A stretch of DNA of 64,000 bases from Laetmonice hystrix. Lineage: Eukaryota. The position numbers and the translations under genes are program-made. Shown one piece after another: positions 51,406 to 63,027 of this stretch. Positions within the stretch are counted from its first letter, which is position 1, and every line of letters begins with the position of its first letter. The notes under the pieces were generated by a model. That model was not told where the DNA came from. It did no database searches and saw only the letters and a list, made by a program, of their open reading frames with translations. Location: positions 1,488,001-1,552,000 of the forward strand of contig OZ249447.1 of assembly GCA_965235115.1 (NCBI GenBank), read 5' to 3'.

Positions 51406-51815
51406 TGACGCTAGTGAAGCGGTCTGACGCTAGTGAAGCGGTCTGACGCTAGTGAAGCGGCCTGACGCCGGTCTGACGCTAGTGAAGCGGTCTGACGCTA
51501 GTGAAGCGGTTACGCTAGTGAAGCGGTCTGACGCCGGTCTGACGCTAGTGAAGCGGTCTGACGTTAGTGAAGCGGTCTGACGCTAGTGAAGCGGTCTGAC
51601 GCTAGTGAAGCGGTCTGACGCTAGTGAAGCGGTCTGACGCTAGTGAAGCGGCCTGACGCTAGTGAAGCGGTTACGCTAGTGAAGCGGTCTGACGCCGGTC
51701 TGACGCTAGTGAAGCGGTCTGATGCTAGTGAAGCGGTTACGCTAGTGAAGCGGCCTGACGCTAGTGAAGCGGTCTGACGCTAGTGAAGCGGTCTGACGTT
51801 AGTGAAGCGGTCTGA
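51406..51815. repeat. 19-bp minisatellite
   Basis: GACGCTAGTGAAGCGGTCT. Confidence 0.95.
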
Positions 51816-52248
51816 TGGCGTATTCACATCCTCGCACAATGGTCACATCGGACGGCCAGACGCTGGCCAGACGCTAGACAGACGCTGGCCAGATGCTGAG
51901 AGCAGGGATGGGGGGAGGGGGTGACGTTCCCGGGATCAACCCCCACCATCCCGCCCGACTCTCCCTCCCGCAGGCGATGAACCAATGAATTTCATTGGTG
52001 ATTTTGTCGACAACCAACCATAAGACGATCGCTTCATAGCGACAACAGGCAACTGGAACGTTGAATCTCATTATTTCTCCATTTCTGTGGGTATACATTT
52101 AATTATTTATGTAGTATAAGGCGTTATCTAACCTAACAGCCCATGTCTTCATGTTGGAGTCACTGAACTAAGAGATAATAGTGAATGACTTTAACATTTA
52201 ACAATAAATTCTACCCTTCTAAGCAGACATTCATCTATGCTGCTATTC

Positions 52249-52684
52249 CAGCATCAGTACTACAGCATCAGTACTACAGCAGCAGTACTACAGCGTCAGT
52301 ACTACAGCATCAGTACTACAGCGTCAGTACTACAGCGTCAGTACTACAGCATCAGTACTACAGCGTCAGTACTACAGCAGCAGTACTACAGGGTCAGTAC
52401 TACAGCGTCAGTACTACAGCGTCAGTACTACAGCGTCAGTACTACAGGGTCAGTACTACAGCAGCAGTACTACAGCGTCAGTACTACAGCATCAGTACTA
52501 CAGGGTCAGTACTACAGGGTCAGTACTACAGCATCAGTACTACAGCATCAGTACTACAGCGTCAGTACTACAGCGTCAGTACTACAGCATCAGTACTACA
52601 GCATCAGTACTACAGCGTCAGTACTACAGCGTCAGTACTACAGCGTCAGTACTACAGCGTCAGTACTACAGCATCAGTACTACA
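52249..52684. repeat. 14-bp minisatellite, ~31 copies
   Basis: CAGCRTCAGTACTA. Confidence 0.96.
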
Positions 52685-52893
52685 GTTTACAAGACAGAGT
52701 TGGCAAAAAGTCTTAATGGTCGATGTTAAGTTTTACGGTCAACCCGATCTACTTTGAACCCCCTTGTCTGTCATGTCTGGATTGTGGGATTCGGGGTGTA
52801 CCAATTAGTATGAGTACCAGAACAATGTCCATTAACCGACAGCTGGCCCGAGGCGGTGCCTGGGCGCCCGACGTCCTCGATACCAGTGTGTAG

Positions 52894-53004
52894 GATAGCT
52901 TCATTGGTCTACCTGCCAATCTGGCGTCTTGCCAGACTTCATTGAGCGGCGGCCGACCGGAAGCCAGCGTTTTCAATCCAATGTACGAGCTAAGCTCGTG
53001 CTAT
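52894..53004 (+). CDS. Candidate 111-nt exon (DSFIGLPANLASCQTSLSGGRPEASVFNPMYELSSCY) with an NPxY motif
   Basis: Weak acceptor GTGTGTAG, strong donor TAT|GTGAGT, open phase-0 frame. Confidence 0.22.
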
Positions 53005-53104
53005 GTGAGTGGTGCGTGTATTCCTGTCAATCTTGTCAAATCCATTTATCCTTTATCTAGTCACCTGCACAGCCCGAACAGATCATGTGAGGTACGATTT
53101 GATT

Positions 53105-53203
53105 TCCAAGGTCAGCTGTTTGAGGTCATTCCAAGGTCAGCTGTTTGAGGTCATTCCAAGGTCAGCTGTTTGAGGTCATTCCAAGGTCACCTGTTTGAGG
53201 TCA
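53105..53203. repeat. 25-bp tandem repeat, 4 copies, containing 8 perfect AGGTCA half-sites
   Basis: TTCCAAGGTCAGCTGTTTGAGGTCA. Confidence 0.93.
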
Positions 53204-53311
53204 GCCTGGTCAAGTTACAATGTGACGTGCATTTGTTACACCAGGAGAACATTAATTGTGTTCATTCTGAGAAACTCTAACATAGATAGAATTAAATGTA
53301 TACCGTTACGA

Positions 53312-53876
53312 GGATATTATGGTGAAGATAAGCCAGCAATATTAAATATATACAAGGATATTATGATTAAGATGACCCAGCAATATTAAATGTATACGAG
53401 GATATTATGATTAAGATGACCCAGCAATATTAAATGTATACGAGGATATTATGATTAAGATGACCCAGCAATATTAAATGTATACGAGGATATTATGATT
53501 AAGATGACCCAGCAATATTAAATGTATACGAGGATATTATGATGAAGATAACTCAGCAATATTAAATGTATACGAGGGTATTATGATGAAGATAAGCCAA
53601 CAATATTAAATGTATACAAGGATATTATGATTAAGATGACCCAGCAATATTAAATGTATACGAGGATATTATGATTAAGATAACCCAGCAATATTAAATG
53701 TATACAAGGATATTATGATGAAGATAACTCAGCAATATTAAATGTATACGAGGATATTATGATTAACATAACCCAGCAATATTAAATGTATACGAGGATA
53801 TTATGATTAAGATAAGCCAGCAATATTAAATGTATACGAGGATATTATGATTAAGATAAGCCAGCAATATTAAATG
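53312..53876. repeat. 44-bp AT-rich minisatellite, ~13 copies
   Basis: AATATTAAATGTATACGAGGATATTATGATTAAGATGACCCAGC. Confidence 0.96.
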
Positions 53877-54298
53877 AATCACTGTATTTTCTGAATGAAA
53901 ACCTGCGGTTTCAAAGCCAAGCTAACTTCACTAATCATTCGTATATTTGGAATCAAATATAAAATCTCTATAGGAAAACCTGGATATAATTTTTTATTCG
54001 ATGCAGAAACCTTGTTCTTGCGAAAATACGGGCCCTACATGCATGAGAGCGTTAGGCAACAAATCCACACGTTTGACAAAAGAAATACATTCAATTAAGG
54101 ACGACCTGGAAAATTAAGCTAACTTAGCATGTCTCTGTGGTTGAAGAAAATGAAGCACGAAGCCACGGATTTAGAAACAAGACCCACTGTTTTCTGTTCA
54201 GCGATATCTGGGTCGTTACTGGGTCTGCTCGAATATCACTGGTGTTTGATTCCTTTGTGGAAATCTTTACCAGACAGAGAGAGGAGATTAACGAGGAT

Positions 54299-55487
54299 TT
54301 GTCATGGCCACCAGTTCGCTCATACTCTGTACAATGTTTGACGGCAGCAGTGAAGACGTCTGGTTGTGTCATGGCCACCAGTTCACTCATACTCTGTACA
54401 ATGTTTGACGGCAGCAGTGAAGACGTCTGGTTGTGTCATGGCCACCAGTTCACTCATACTCTGTACAATGTTAGACGGCAGCAGTGAAGACCTCTGGTTG
54501 TCGTCTGGTTGTGTCATGGCCACCAGTTCACTCATACTCTGTACAATGTTTGACGGCAGCAGTGAAGACCTCTGGTTGTCGTCTGGTTGTGTCATGGCCA
54601 CCAGTTCACTCATACTCTGTACAATGTTTGACGGCAGCAGTGAAGACCTCTGGTTGTGTCATGGCCACCAGTTCGCTCATACTCTGTACGTACAATGTTT
54701 GACGGCAGCAGTGAAGACGTCTGGTTGTGTCATGGCCACCAGTTCACTCATACTCTGTACAATGTTTGACGGCAGCAGTGAAGACGTCTGGTTGTGTCAT
54801 GGCCACCAGTTCACTCATACTCTGTACAATGTTTGACGGCAGCAGTGAAGACGTCTGGTTGTGTCATGGCCACCAGTTCACTCATACTCTGTACAATGTT
54901 TGACGGCAGCAGTGAAGACGTCTGGTTGTGTCATGGCCACCAGTTCGCTCATACTCTGTACAATGTTTGACGGCAGCAGTGAAGACCTCTGGTTGTCGTC
55001 TGGTTGTGTCATGGCCACCAGTTCACTCATACTCTGTACAATGTTTGACGGCAGCAGTGAAGACCTCTGGTTGTGTCATGGCCACCAGTTCACTCATACT
55101 CTGTACAATGTTTGACGGCAGCAGTGAAGACGTCTGGTTGTGTCATGGCCACCAGTTCACTCATACTCTGTACAATGTTTGACGGCAGCAGTGAAGACGT
55201 CTGGTTGTGTCATGGCCACCAGTTCACTCATACTCTGTACAATGTTTGACGGCAGCAGTGAAGACGTCTGGTTGTGTCATGGCCACCAGTTCACTCATAC
55301 TCTGTACAATGTTTGACGGCAGCAGTGACGACGTCTGGTTGTGTCATGGCCACCAGTTCACTCATACTCTGTACAATGTTTGACGGCAGCAGTGAAGACG
55401 TCTGGTTGTCGTCTGGTTGTGTCATGGCCATTTGTTCGTACCTCACCCAGACAACGTTTGACGGCAGCAGTGAAGGCGTCTGGTTAT
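54299..55487. repeat. 67/80-bp minisatellite, ~17 copies
   Basis: GTCATGGCCACCAGTTCACTCATACTCTGTACAATGTTTGACGGCAGCAGTGAAGACGTCTGGTTGT. Confidence 0.96.
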
Positions 55488-56058
55488 GTCCTGTACCGAA
55501 ACATCTCTCTCAGAGAAATGAGTTCAGCATTTCTAAGTTCCCGTACCTTCGGAATGGATGTAGCAATATGAAACCCCTTGTGCAGTCTGACCTGCTCAAC
55601 CTTTCCCTTTATATACATGTATACGGAGATCATGAGCAAGTATTAGGTGATATACGATCGATGAGATCGGAATGAAGGAGCATGTTGCAATACTTTTGGC
55701 CATTGAGTGTACTCTATACTATACCATGGAACCGATACCTATACTGTACTTATACCATTGAACTGAGTGCTCAAACATCTTCCGAGATGAGACACTTCTT
55801 CCGAGATGAGACGGATCTTCCGAGATGAGACGGATCTCCGAGATGAGACGGAATCCATGCTTTCCTAGATAGAGCTACACATGATTTCTGCGGAACATTC
55901 CACTTTAAGGTCCTACTGGCACTAGCCAATCGTGTCATTTTCTTGAGATGCACGGACATCAGGCGTAACCCAGTTACTTTCAGAACGTCCGGAAAGAGAA
56001 AAGTTGTATAGGCCTCCAGAAGTCCAGTCCTCTACTGGAATTAAACCCCGGCCCCAAG

Positions 56059-56077
<19 letters not shown>

Positions 56078-56093
<16 letters not shown>

Positions 56094-56154
56094 GTGAGTG
56101 AGTGAGTGAGTGAGTGAGTGAGTGAGTGAGTGAGTGAGTGAGTGAGTGAGTGAG
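56078..56154. repeat. Compound (GATT)n(GAGT)n microsatellite
   Basis: Read directly from the sequence. Confidence 0.97.
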
Positions 56155-56885
56155 TTGTACCTACTCTACTTTACCATGGAACTGAAGACGAAGGATCCAG
56201 ATCAAGAGGTCCCATAACAATAGAACAAAGACAATACTATCCAGAGACTACTCATTGTCACCCTCCATGAAGCGGACTTGATTGCGTATTGTTTGGTTTT
56301 TCATCCTCCTTTTTAACGTCCAACAATATACATTGTGTAGAGAATCATAACATTGGTGGTTTAGCTAGATAATGATGGCACCATTACGATAACGTCAACA
56401 CATACTCTGACCTTGTTCTGTGGTTGTAAGTTCTAATAACACTAGCAATCAATGAATGAGGAATGTCAACAATGACATGTCGATCCCAGGGTCGTCAGTT
56501 TACAGTCGGACTTTTTTCCGCCCTTGTAAATCTTCATTGTTGTCATTACGATAGCTGGTCTCCGCACCTCGACTGTGAGCGACCTGCACTCACCTCAAAC
56601 TAGATCAAAAGGTGGCTTTCTGTGTCACTCCATTCTGTTATAGTTTGTATACATATACCGAACGTTTCTGGTGTATGTGAATATTAAACAAGATCGGACT
56701 TTCTCACAAACCAACTGCCCTGTCCGTATTCACAGGCGTGGGCCCAGGGGGCTCGGGACCCTGGGGGCTTCACGGATTTTTTGGTCGCTATTTCAGATTA
56801 TAAGTTTGGGGCCCTCCGCGGCTGATTTCCAAAGCCTGCCCCACCGGAAATACTCGGACGGACCCTCATTCTATTCATGTTGCCC

Positions 56886-57536
56886 CTCATAGAGAAGTTC
56901 TACCGTCGCCGACCGTCGCCGACCCCTCATAGAGAACTTCTACCGTCGCCGACCGTCGCCGACCGTCGCCGACCGTCGCCGACCCCTCATAGAGAAGTTC
57001 TACCGTCGCCGACCGCCGCCGACCCCTCATAGAGAAGTTTTACTGTCGCCGACCGTCGCCGACCCCTCATAGAGAAGTCCTACTGTCGCCGACCCCTCAT
57101 AGAGAAGTTCTACCGTCGCCGACCACTCATAGAAAAGTTCTACCGTCGCCGACCGTCGCCGACCGTCGCCGACCGTCGCCGACCCCTCATAGAGAACTTC
57201 TACCGCCGCCGACCCCTCATAGAAAAGTTCTGTCGTCGCCGACCGTCGCCGACCGTCGCCGACCGTCGCCGACCGTCGCCGACCCCTCATAGAGAACTTC
57301 TACCGTCGCCGACCCCTCATAGAGAAGTTCTGTCGTCGCCGACCGTCGCCGACCGTCGCCGACCGTCGCCGACCCCTCATAGAGAACTTCTACCGTTGCC
57401 GACCCCTCATAGAGAAGTTCTGTCGTCGCCGTCCGTCGCCGACCGTCGCCGACCCCTCATAGAGAACTTCTACCGTTGCCGACCCCTCATAGAGAAGTTC
57501 TACCGTCGCCGACCCCTCATAGAGAAGTTCTACCGT
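56886..57536. repeat. Composite minisatellite with an internal variable (GTCGCCGACC)n
   Basis: CCTCATAGAGAAGTTCTACC(GTCGCCGACC)1-5. Confidence 0.95.
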
Positions 57537-58051
57537 CTGCCACTAACGGTTGTGACAATGATATATGTAGTTTGTTAACTTGCCGTTGATGGCGAGAAGT
57601 TTTGACTGTCAGTTCATGAACAGCGACAACAACTCATGACTGTATACGATGAAAGATGATCTATGTAAACTGTGCATTATACGATAATAAACCCTACATG
57701 TGCACATACACAAGTATTCAGCATTGTGAATGTGAATGCAAGCTACAAGTCGGTATTCACACATCATGTACAGCAGGGGTATTGAAATGTTCCGGGTGTG
57801 AGCCACAATGTACGCATTTCTTCTCTACACAATGTGACTGTGATAATGGAATCTACATTTAATCATTATCGCAGCAGAGAAGTTGGCGAGTCCGCCTGTT
57901 CTAAACTTAACATACCAGCGCTTCCCCTCATTGCCCAGTCCCCATTATTAACGATATATATATGATATATATTGCCACTATTCACAATTATTGCGGTGAA
58001 CACAAAGGATGAGTATTGTGACGTCATGTATGACGTCATCAGTGTTTTTAG

Positions 58052-58351
58052 AACCACGGCAGGTATGTTCCGAGAACTGATAAGATAACCTATTTAATCT
58101 TCTTTATACAACAATTATTACATTTTCCTGTAGATCCCTAACCCTAACCCTAACCCTAACCACGGCAGGTATGTTCCAAGAACTGATAAGATAACCTATT
58201 TAATCTTCTTTATACAACAATTATTACATTTTCCTGTAGATCCCTAACCCTAACCCTAACCCTAACCCTAACCACGGCAGGTATGTTCCGAGAACTGATA
58301 AGATAACCTATTTAATCTTCTTTATACAACAAATATTACATTTTCCTGTAG
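58052..58351. repeat. 106/112-bp tandem repeat (~2.8 copies) containing (TAACCC)n
   Basis: Unit starts at 58052, 58158 and 58270; units differ by one TAACCC. Confidence 0.95.
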
Positions 58352-58584
58352 GTATGCAGCGTTTTATTATGATAACGTATTTAAAAAGAAGATAATTAAA
58401 ACGATACGTGCGTTTTCTAGATGAAACATATAATGATATTTATCACTTTATCTTCAATGCTTGTAAATAATTGAACAAACCTTTTCTATAGGACAAAAAC
58501 AAAAATAGAATAAAAAACGTTTGTGACAACGAAAGAGGACTGGCTAGCAGTAATCGAGCGTGACGCAGTGGGAGTTTACGATCT

Positions 58585-58600
58585 GCCGCCAGGGGGCGCC
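58585..58600 (+). promoter_or_regulatory. CTCF-consensus motif
   Basis: GCCGCCAGGGGGCGCC. Confidence 0.5.
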
Positions 58601-59083
58601 AGGTATCCAGTCAGACGAGAACGCTGCTCCGTTTTACCCACGCTTTATGATTTACTAAAGTGTGAACATTATTCTTTTTTACTTACATAACAATAGCATA
58701 CAGTACCGTGAGAATGTACGGGTAAATGCAGGTCGGGGTGACTGCGGTCGGGGTGGATTCCCACACCCCTGACCCTTCCCGGGATTGATGTGGGATCGGG
58801 GCGCCATTATTGGCCACAATTTTTAAAATAATGTGCTGTCAAAAATGTGTATTCAGCCCCGATTGTGTAAAACGGGGTGGGGGTGAGATTTCTTTACCGT
58901 GACTCGGTCAAAGGGGGTTGACCGTGGGGGGGGGGGGGTGGATTAGGAGTCGAGGGTGTTGACCGGCGTGAGACCTACTGAATCTGACTGACCGGAGGGG
59001 TGAGACACATGCATGTCGGCGAGGTTGTGCATGACCGCACAATGCACGTGCACAGCGTTCACTGACCATAATTAACGAAACAA

Positions 59084-59579
59084 GTTTGACCAGGGCGCCC
59101 ACAGTTTGACCAGGGCGCCCACAGTTTGACCAGGGCGCCCACAGTTTGACCAGGGCGCCCACAGTTTGACCAGGGCGCCCACAGTTTGACCAGGGCGCCC
59201 ACAGTTTGACCAGGGCGCCCACAGTTTGACCAGGGCGCCCACAGTTTGACCAGGGCGCCCACAGTTTGACCAGGGCGCCCACAGTTTGACCAGGGCGCCC
59301 ACAGTTTGACCAGGGCGCCCACAGTTTGACCAGGGCGCCCACAGTTTGACCAGGGCGCCCACAGTTTGACCAGGGCGCCCACAGTTTGACCATGGCGCCC
59401 ACAGTTTTACCAGGGCGCCCACAGTTTGACCAGGGCGCCCACAGTTTGACCAGGGTGCTCACAGTTTGACCAGGGCGCCCATAGTTTTACCAGGGCGCCC
59501 ACAGTTTGACCAGGGCGCCCACAGTTTGACCAGGGCGCCCACAGTTTTGCCAGGGCGCCCATAGTTTTACCAGGGCGCC
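59084..59579. repeat. 20-bp minisatellite, ~25 copies
   Basis: CAGGGCGCCCACAGTTTGAC; the left ~16 copies are identical. Confidence 0.98.
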
Positions 59580-60178
59580 TGTATTCATGACGTCCACCTA
59601 AGCGGCTTGGACTCGATGGTTCTCTCTGAAGACGACGTTGGCCTTGGTATGACACTGGCACTGCATTCCGTACATTCCAATCACATTCCAATCACATTCC
59701 ACACAGGTTAATAATAAAAGTCCAGCGTTATACGGAGTCCACATGGACGCCGGGGTCAGGGAGCCGATCGTGGTCAGACGCCTTGTCCTAATTAGTGAGA
59801 TTAGCTGTAATGGAATGGTGACAGGCCTGTGTCTGTACTTGTTGCCGTCAGGAGAGGGATTGGTGTGTGTATGTGGGGGGGGGGGGGGGGGCACAGAACC
59901 TGACGCTGGTATTAACCAGGCTGTTTTAACCTCTCGTCTGCTTCCTCACCCCGACAGGATTTTCTATTTTCCCCTTTTCTAGCGAAAGTGTGCTTACTAA
60001 AGTTAAATTGTAGACGTAGAATCTCATGACAATGCAGTTAAAATCGCCTGCATCCAAATGTGCTGCATGATTGATGTGATTTTCTGATGATATTGCTCCC
60101 CCCCCCCCCGCCCCGCCCTTGAGAACAACCAGGTCCGTCCCTGGCATCATGGCTGTCTCTGGAACACCAACAATATAT

Positions 60179-60329
60179 GGGATCGTGTCACTGCCAGGGA
60201 TCGTGTCACTGCCAGGGATCGTGTCACTACCAGGGAACGTGTCACTACCAGGGAACGTGTCACTACCAGGGATCGTGTCACTGCCAGGGATCGTGTCACT
60301 ACCAGGGATCGTGTCACTGCCAGGGATCG
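60179..60329. repeat. 18-bp tandem repeat, ~8 copies
   Basis: GGATCGTGTCACTGCCAG. Confidence 0.94.
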
Positions 60330-60601
60330 TCTCAAACTTCTCATACCATCATGGCAGGGTGATCGTTGTTGCGGGTACATCCTGTCTTTCCGCAGGAAAT
60401 CTCCGAGGAAGTTATTCAGTGAGTGAGTGAGTGAGTAGTGGTGGTTTTCCGCCGTGCCGGCATCCGGGGCCATCTTCACGGCGAAAACAGGGTTAAAAGA
60501 CCATGAAATGAAAGGAACCTATTTTATCCCGGGCCCCAACGGGAATATCATTGAAACAGATTCCATCCTGTCAGCCCAACCGGGCCATCGACGAGACTGA
60601 A

Positions 60602-61085
60602 CTATAAAAGAGTCAGAAGTCCAGCTTCTGACAAAAACTCTAAAATCACTCCTGGTCTGACATTGTTAAAAAGATCCTTAAGACTTGTCTCACTATAAAA
60701 CCGTTGTCTGATCAGAGTAAAATCACCACACTCAAGTAAAAGATGCTTCAGTGTCCAAGGACACTGACAGCCATGACACTCCCCCTTGTGACTCCCCCTT
60801 CAATAAAAACACGTGGGTTAATCTAGAATGACCAATCCTGCATCGAGTATAAACAATTTCATGCCTACGTTGGGTTAGGCCGTGAAGACACCTTTGGTTC
60901 ACGACAGGACTGATCTGGTACAATTTATTGTTTGGTTGTTCATCCCATTCAGCCTGCCATTTGTTCTTAATGTAAGCCCAGATGGTAGGTCTGAGGTCAG
61001 AGGCTGGGATTGGACACAGTTCGACGTCTGTTTCAAGAGCCCTCTTGGCAGTTCTGTCAGCTTGCTCATTGCCCGGGATACCAAC
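60602..61085 (-). mobile_element. 3' fragment of an I/Nimb-type non-LTR retrotransposon ORF2 (RNase H tail plus CCHC finger), frameshifted
   Basis: Minus strand reads GIPGNEQADRTAKRAL..IKNKWQAEWDEQPNNKLYQI..RRHEIVYTRCRIGHSRLTH..LLKGE, then after a frameshift CHGCQCPWTLKHLLLEC..DLFNNVRPGVILEFLSEAGLLTLL*; this layout is typical of I-group LINE C-termini. Confidence 0.88.
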
Positions 61086-61178
61086 ACCGAGGAAGTATTA
61101 CAAGTCATGAAAGACTAGAGTCTGACTCTCCGCACTGGCTCAAATTTACATTTTTATGACAAATCAACTCCGTTTTCA

Positions 61179-61653
61179 GGGACGACTGACCGCAGTGCCG
61201 GACGACTGACCGCAGTGCCGGACGACTGACCGCAGTGCCGGGCCACTGACCGCAGTGCCGGGCCACTGACCGCAGTGTCGGGCCACTGACCGCAGTGTCG
61301 GGCCACTGACCGCAGACGACTGACCGCAGTGTCGGGCCACTGACCGCAGTGTCGGACCACTGACCGCAGTGCCGGACCACTGACCGCAGTGCCGGGCCAC
61401 TGACCGCAGTGCCGGGCCACTGACCGCAGTGCCGGGCCACTGACCGCAGTGCCGGGCCACTGACCGCAGTGCCGGACCACTGACCGCAGTGTCGGGCCAC
61501 TGACCGCAGTGTCGGGCCACTGACCGCAGTGTCGGGCCACTGACCGCAGTGTCGGGCCACTGACCGCAGTGCCGGGCCACTGACCGCAGTGCCGGACCAC
61601 TGACCGCAGTGCCGGGCCACTGACCGCAGTGTCGGGCCACTGACCGCAGTGCC
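61179..61653. repeat. 20-bp minisatellite, ~24 copies
   Basis: GGGCCACTGACCGCAGTG(C/T)C with an internal CACTG/CAGTG mini-stem. Confidence 0.97.
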
Positions 61654-61817
61654 AGACGTGAGGACAGCCACTGTATTGTCTTCCAATGGACGCGCTTGAA
61701 ATTACTCACATTCCAAGTGGTTTATGTAAGAGCGTCCCTGATTGGCCGGGAGTGTTCGTGAGTCATAGATTCCGCTATCAAATTAACAATCCCTGTTGGC
61801 AAGCGTTGACAGCCCAC

Positions 61818-62066
61818 GGGCTCGTATGTAAATCAGGGACTCGTATGTAAATCAGGGGCTCGTATGTAAATCAGGAACTCGTATGTAAATCAGGGGCTCG
61901 TATGTAAATCAGGAATTCGTATATATGTAAATCAGGGGCTCGTATGTAGATCAGGGGCTCGTATGTAATTGAGGAACTCGTATGTAAATCAAGGGCTCGT
62001 ATGTAAATCAGAAACTCGTATGTAGATCAGGGGCTCGTATGTAAATCAGGGGCTCGTATGTAAATC
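61818..62066. repeat. 20-bp minisatellite, ~12 copies
   Basis: GGGCTCGTATGTAAATCAGG. Confidence 0.94.
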
Positions 62067-63012
62067 TGAAGTAATACGGAAGTATTGGCTATTCCCTGCC
62101 TTCAAATGTGCAATAACAATTCATGCAATTGTCCATACAATAATACATAATCATCTCGACAGTGTTCCGTTCTTCTACAACTAGATGCTGTAACAAAAGG
62201 TTTACAGGTAACGACAGCAACCGTTACACAGGGTTACGCTGCACAAGGAAATCCCATTACGCATGCGTAACCCACCTCCCCCCCCCCTCACTACCCCACC
62301 TCCTCACTACCCGCCCCCATATCAACACGCACATGCTCAGGACTTCTGTTCTATACTGTCTATTCCGACCAGCACCCGTTATTTCCAAAACCCCATAGTT
62401 TTGCCCCATTTAGATATGATAACATGGACTTAAACCTTTCCATATGGGGGGGGGGGCACTCTTGACATTCCTGTCATCGCTTCTGTTGGTGCGGGAATTC
62501 CTGCGTGTGGGAAACTTCGGCGGCCTTTTAAATCAGTAGTCTTTGACCAAATACGGTCCTCCTCATCCTCGGGAAATGCTTGCCCCCACCGTGGTACACT
62601 CGGGCAGCATACAGGGGTGGTGGAATGGTTTTTGTACGGTGTGATTATTTACTAAATGGTGGAGAGTAGCACAGTTTTACTAAACCCATACAATTCCTCC
62701 ATCGTTTCAGCCGTTCACTCTCTATTATTGACATTCCTAATTTTATTTAAGGCACATTCAACAATGGGAGCCAAAGTTAATGTTTCCCTTGGCGGCCAGT
62801 CACACCCTCCCCTCCGTTTAAAAATAAACTCTCAGTGAGGCATTGGCATTCCTTCGGACCCGGTCCTGGGAATGGTAGGCAGTGGTCGGGTGGGCGGCGG
62901 TCGGTGCAGGCAGGGCTCGCCTAGGTTCCCACGCTTCACGCCTGACTGACGCTGTATGAAAACAACGCCCGTATTCTGGGCCGAACGCGTCGTCTGTGGG
63001 ACCGAGCGATCT

Positions 63013-63027
63013 GCCGCTAGGGGGCGA
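63013..63027 (+). promoter_or_regulatory. CTCF-like motif
   Basis: GCCGCTAGGGGGCGA; a weaker minus-strand match CCGTCAGGGGGCGAC lies at 63871-63885. Confidence 0.35.

Noticed and set aside
52810-52893. Terminal exon ending in a PDZ-binding motif (..DVLDTSV*)
   Set aside because: Poor acceptor, and the motif is short enough to arise by chance
58134-58275. True telomere or chromosome fusion site
   Set aside because: Only 3-5 hexamers, embedded in a larger tandem unit
7362-61108. VPS13/BLTP-like giant gene suggested by scattered ORF fragments
   Set aside because: No fragment matched a recalled family motif, and the best-looking one (60899-61108) is an alternative frame of the LINE remnant
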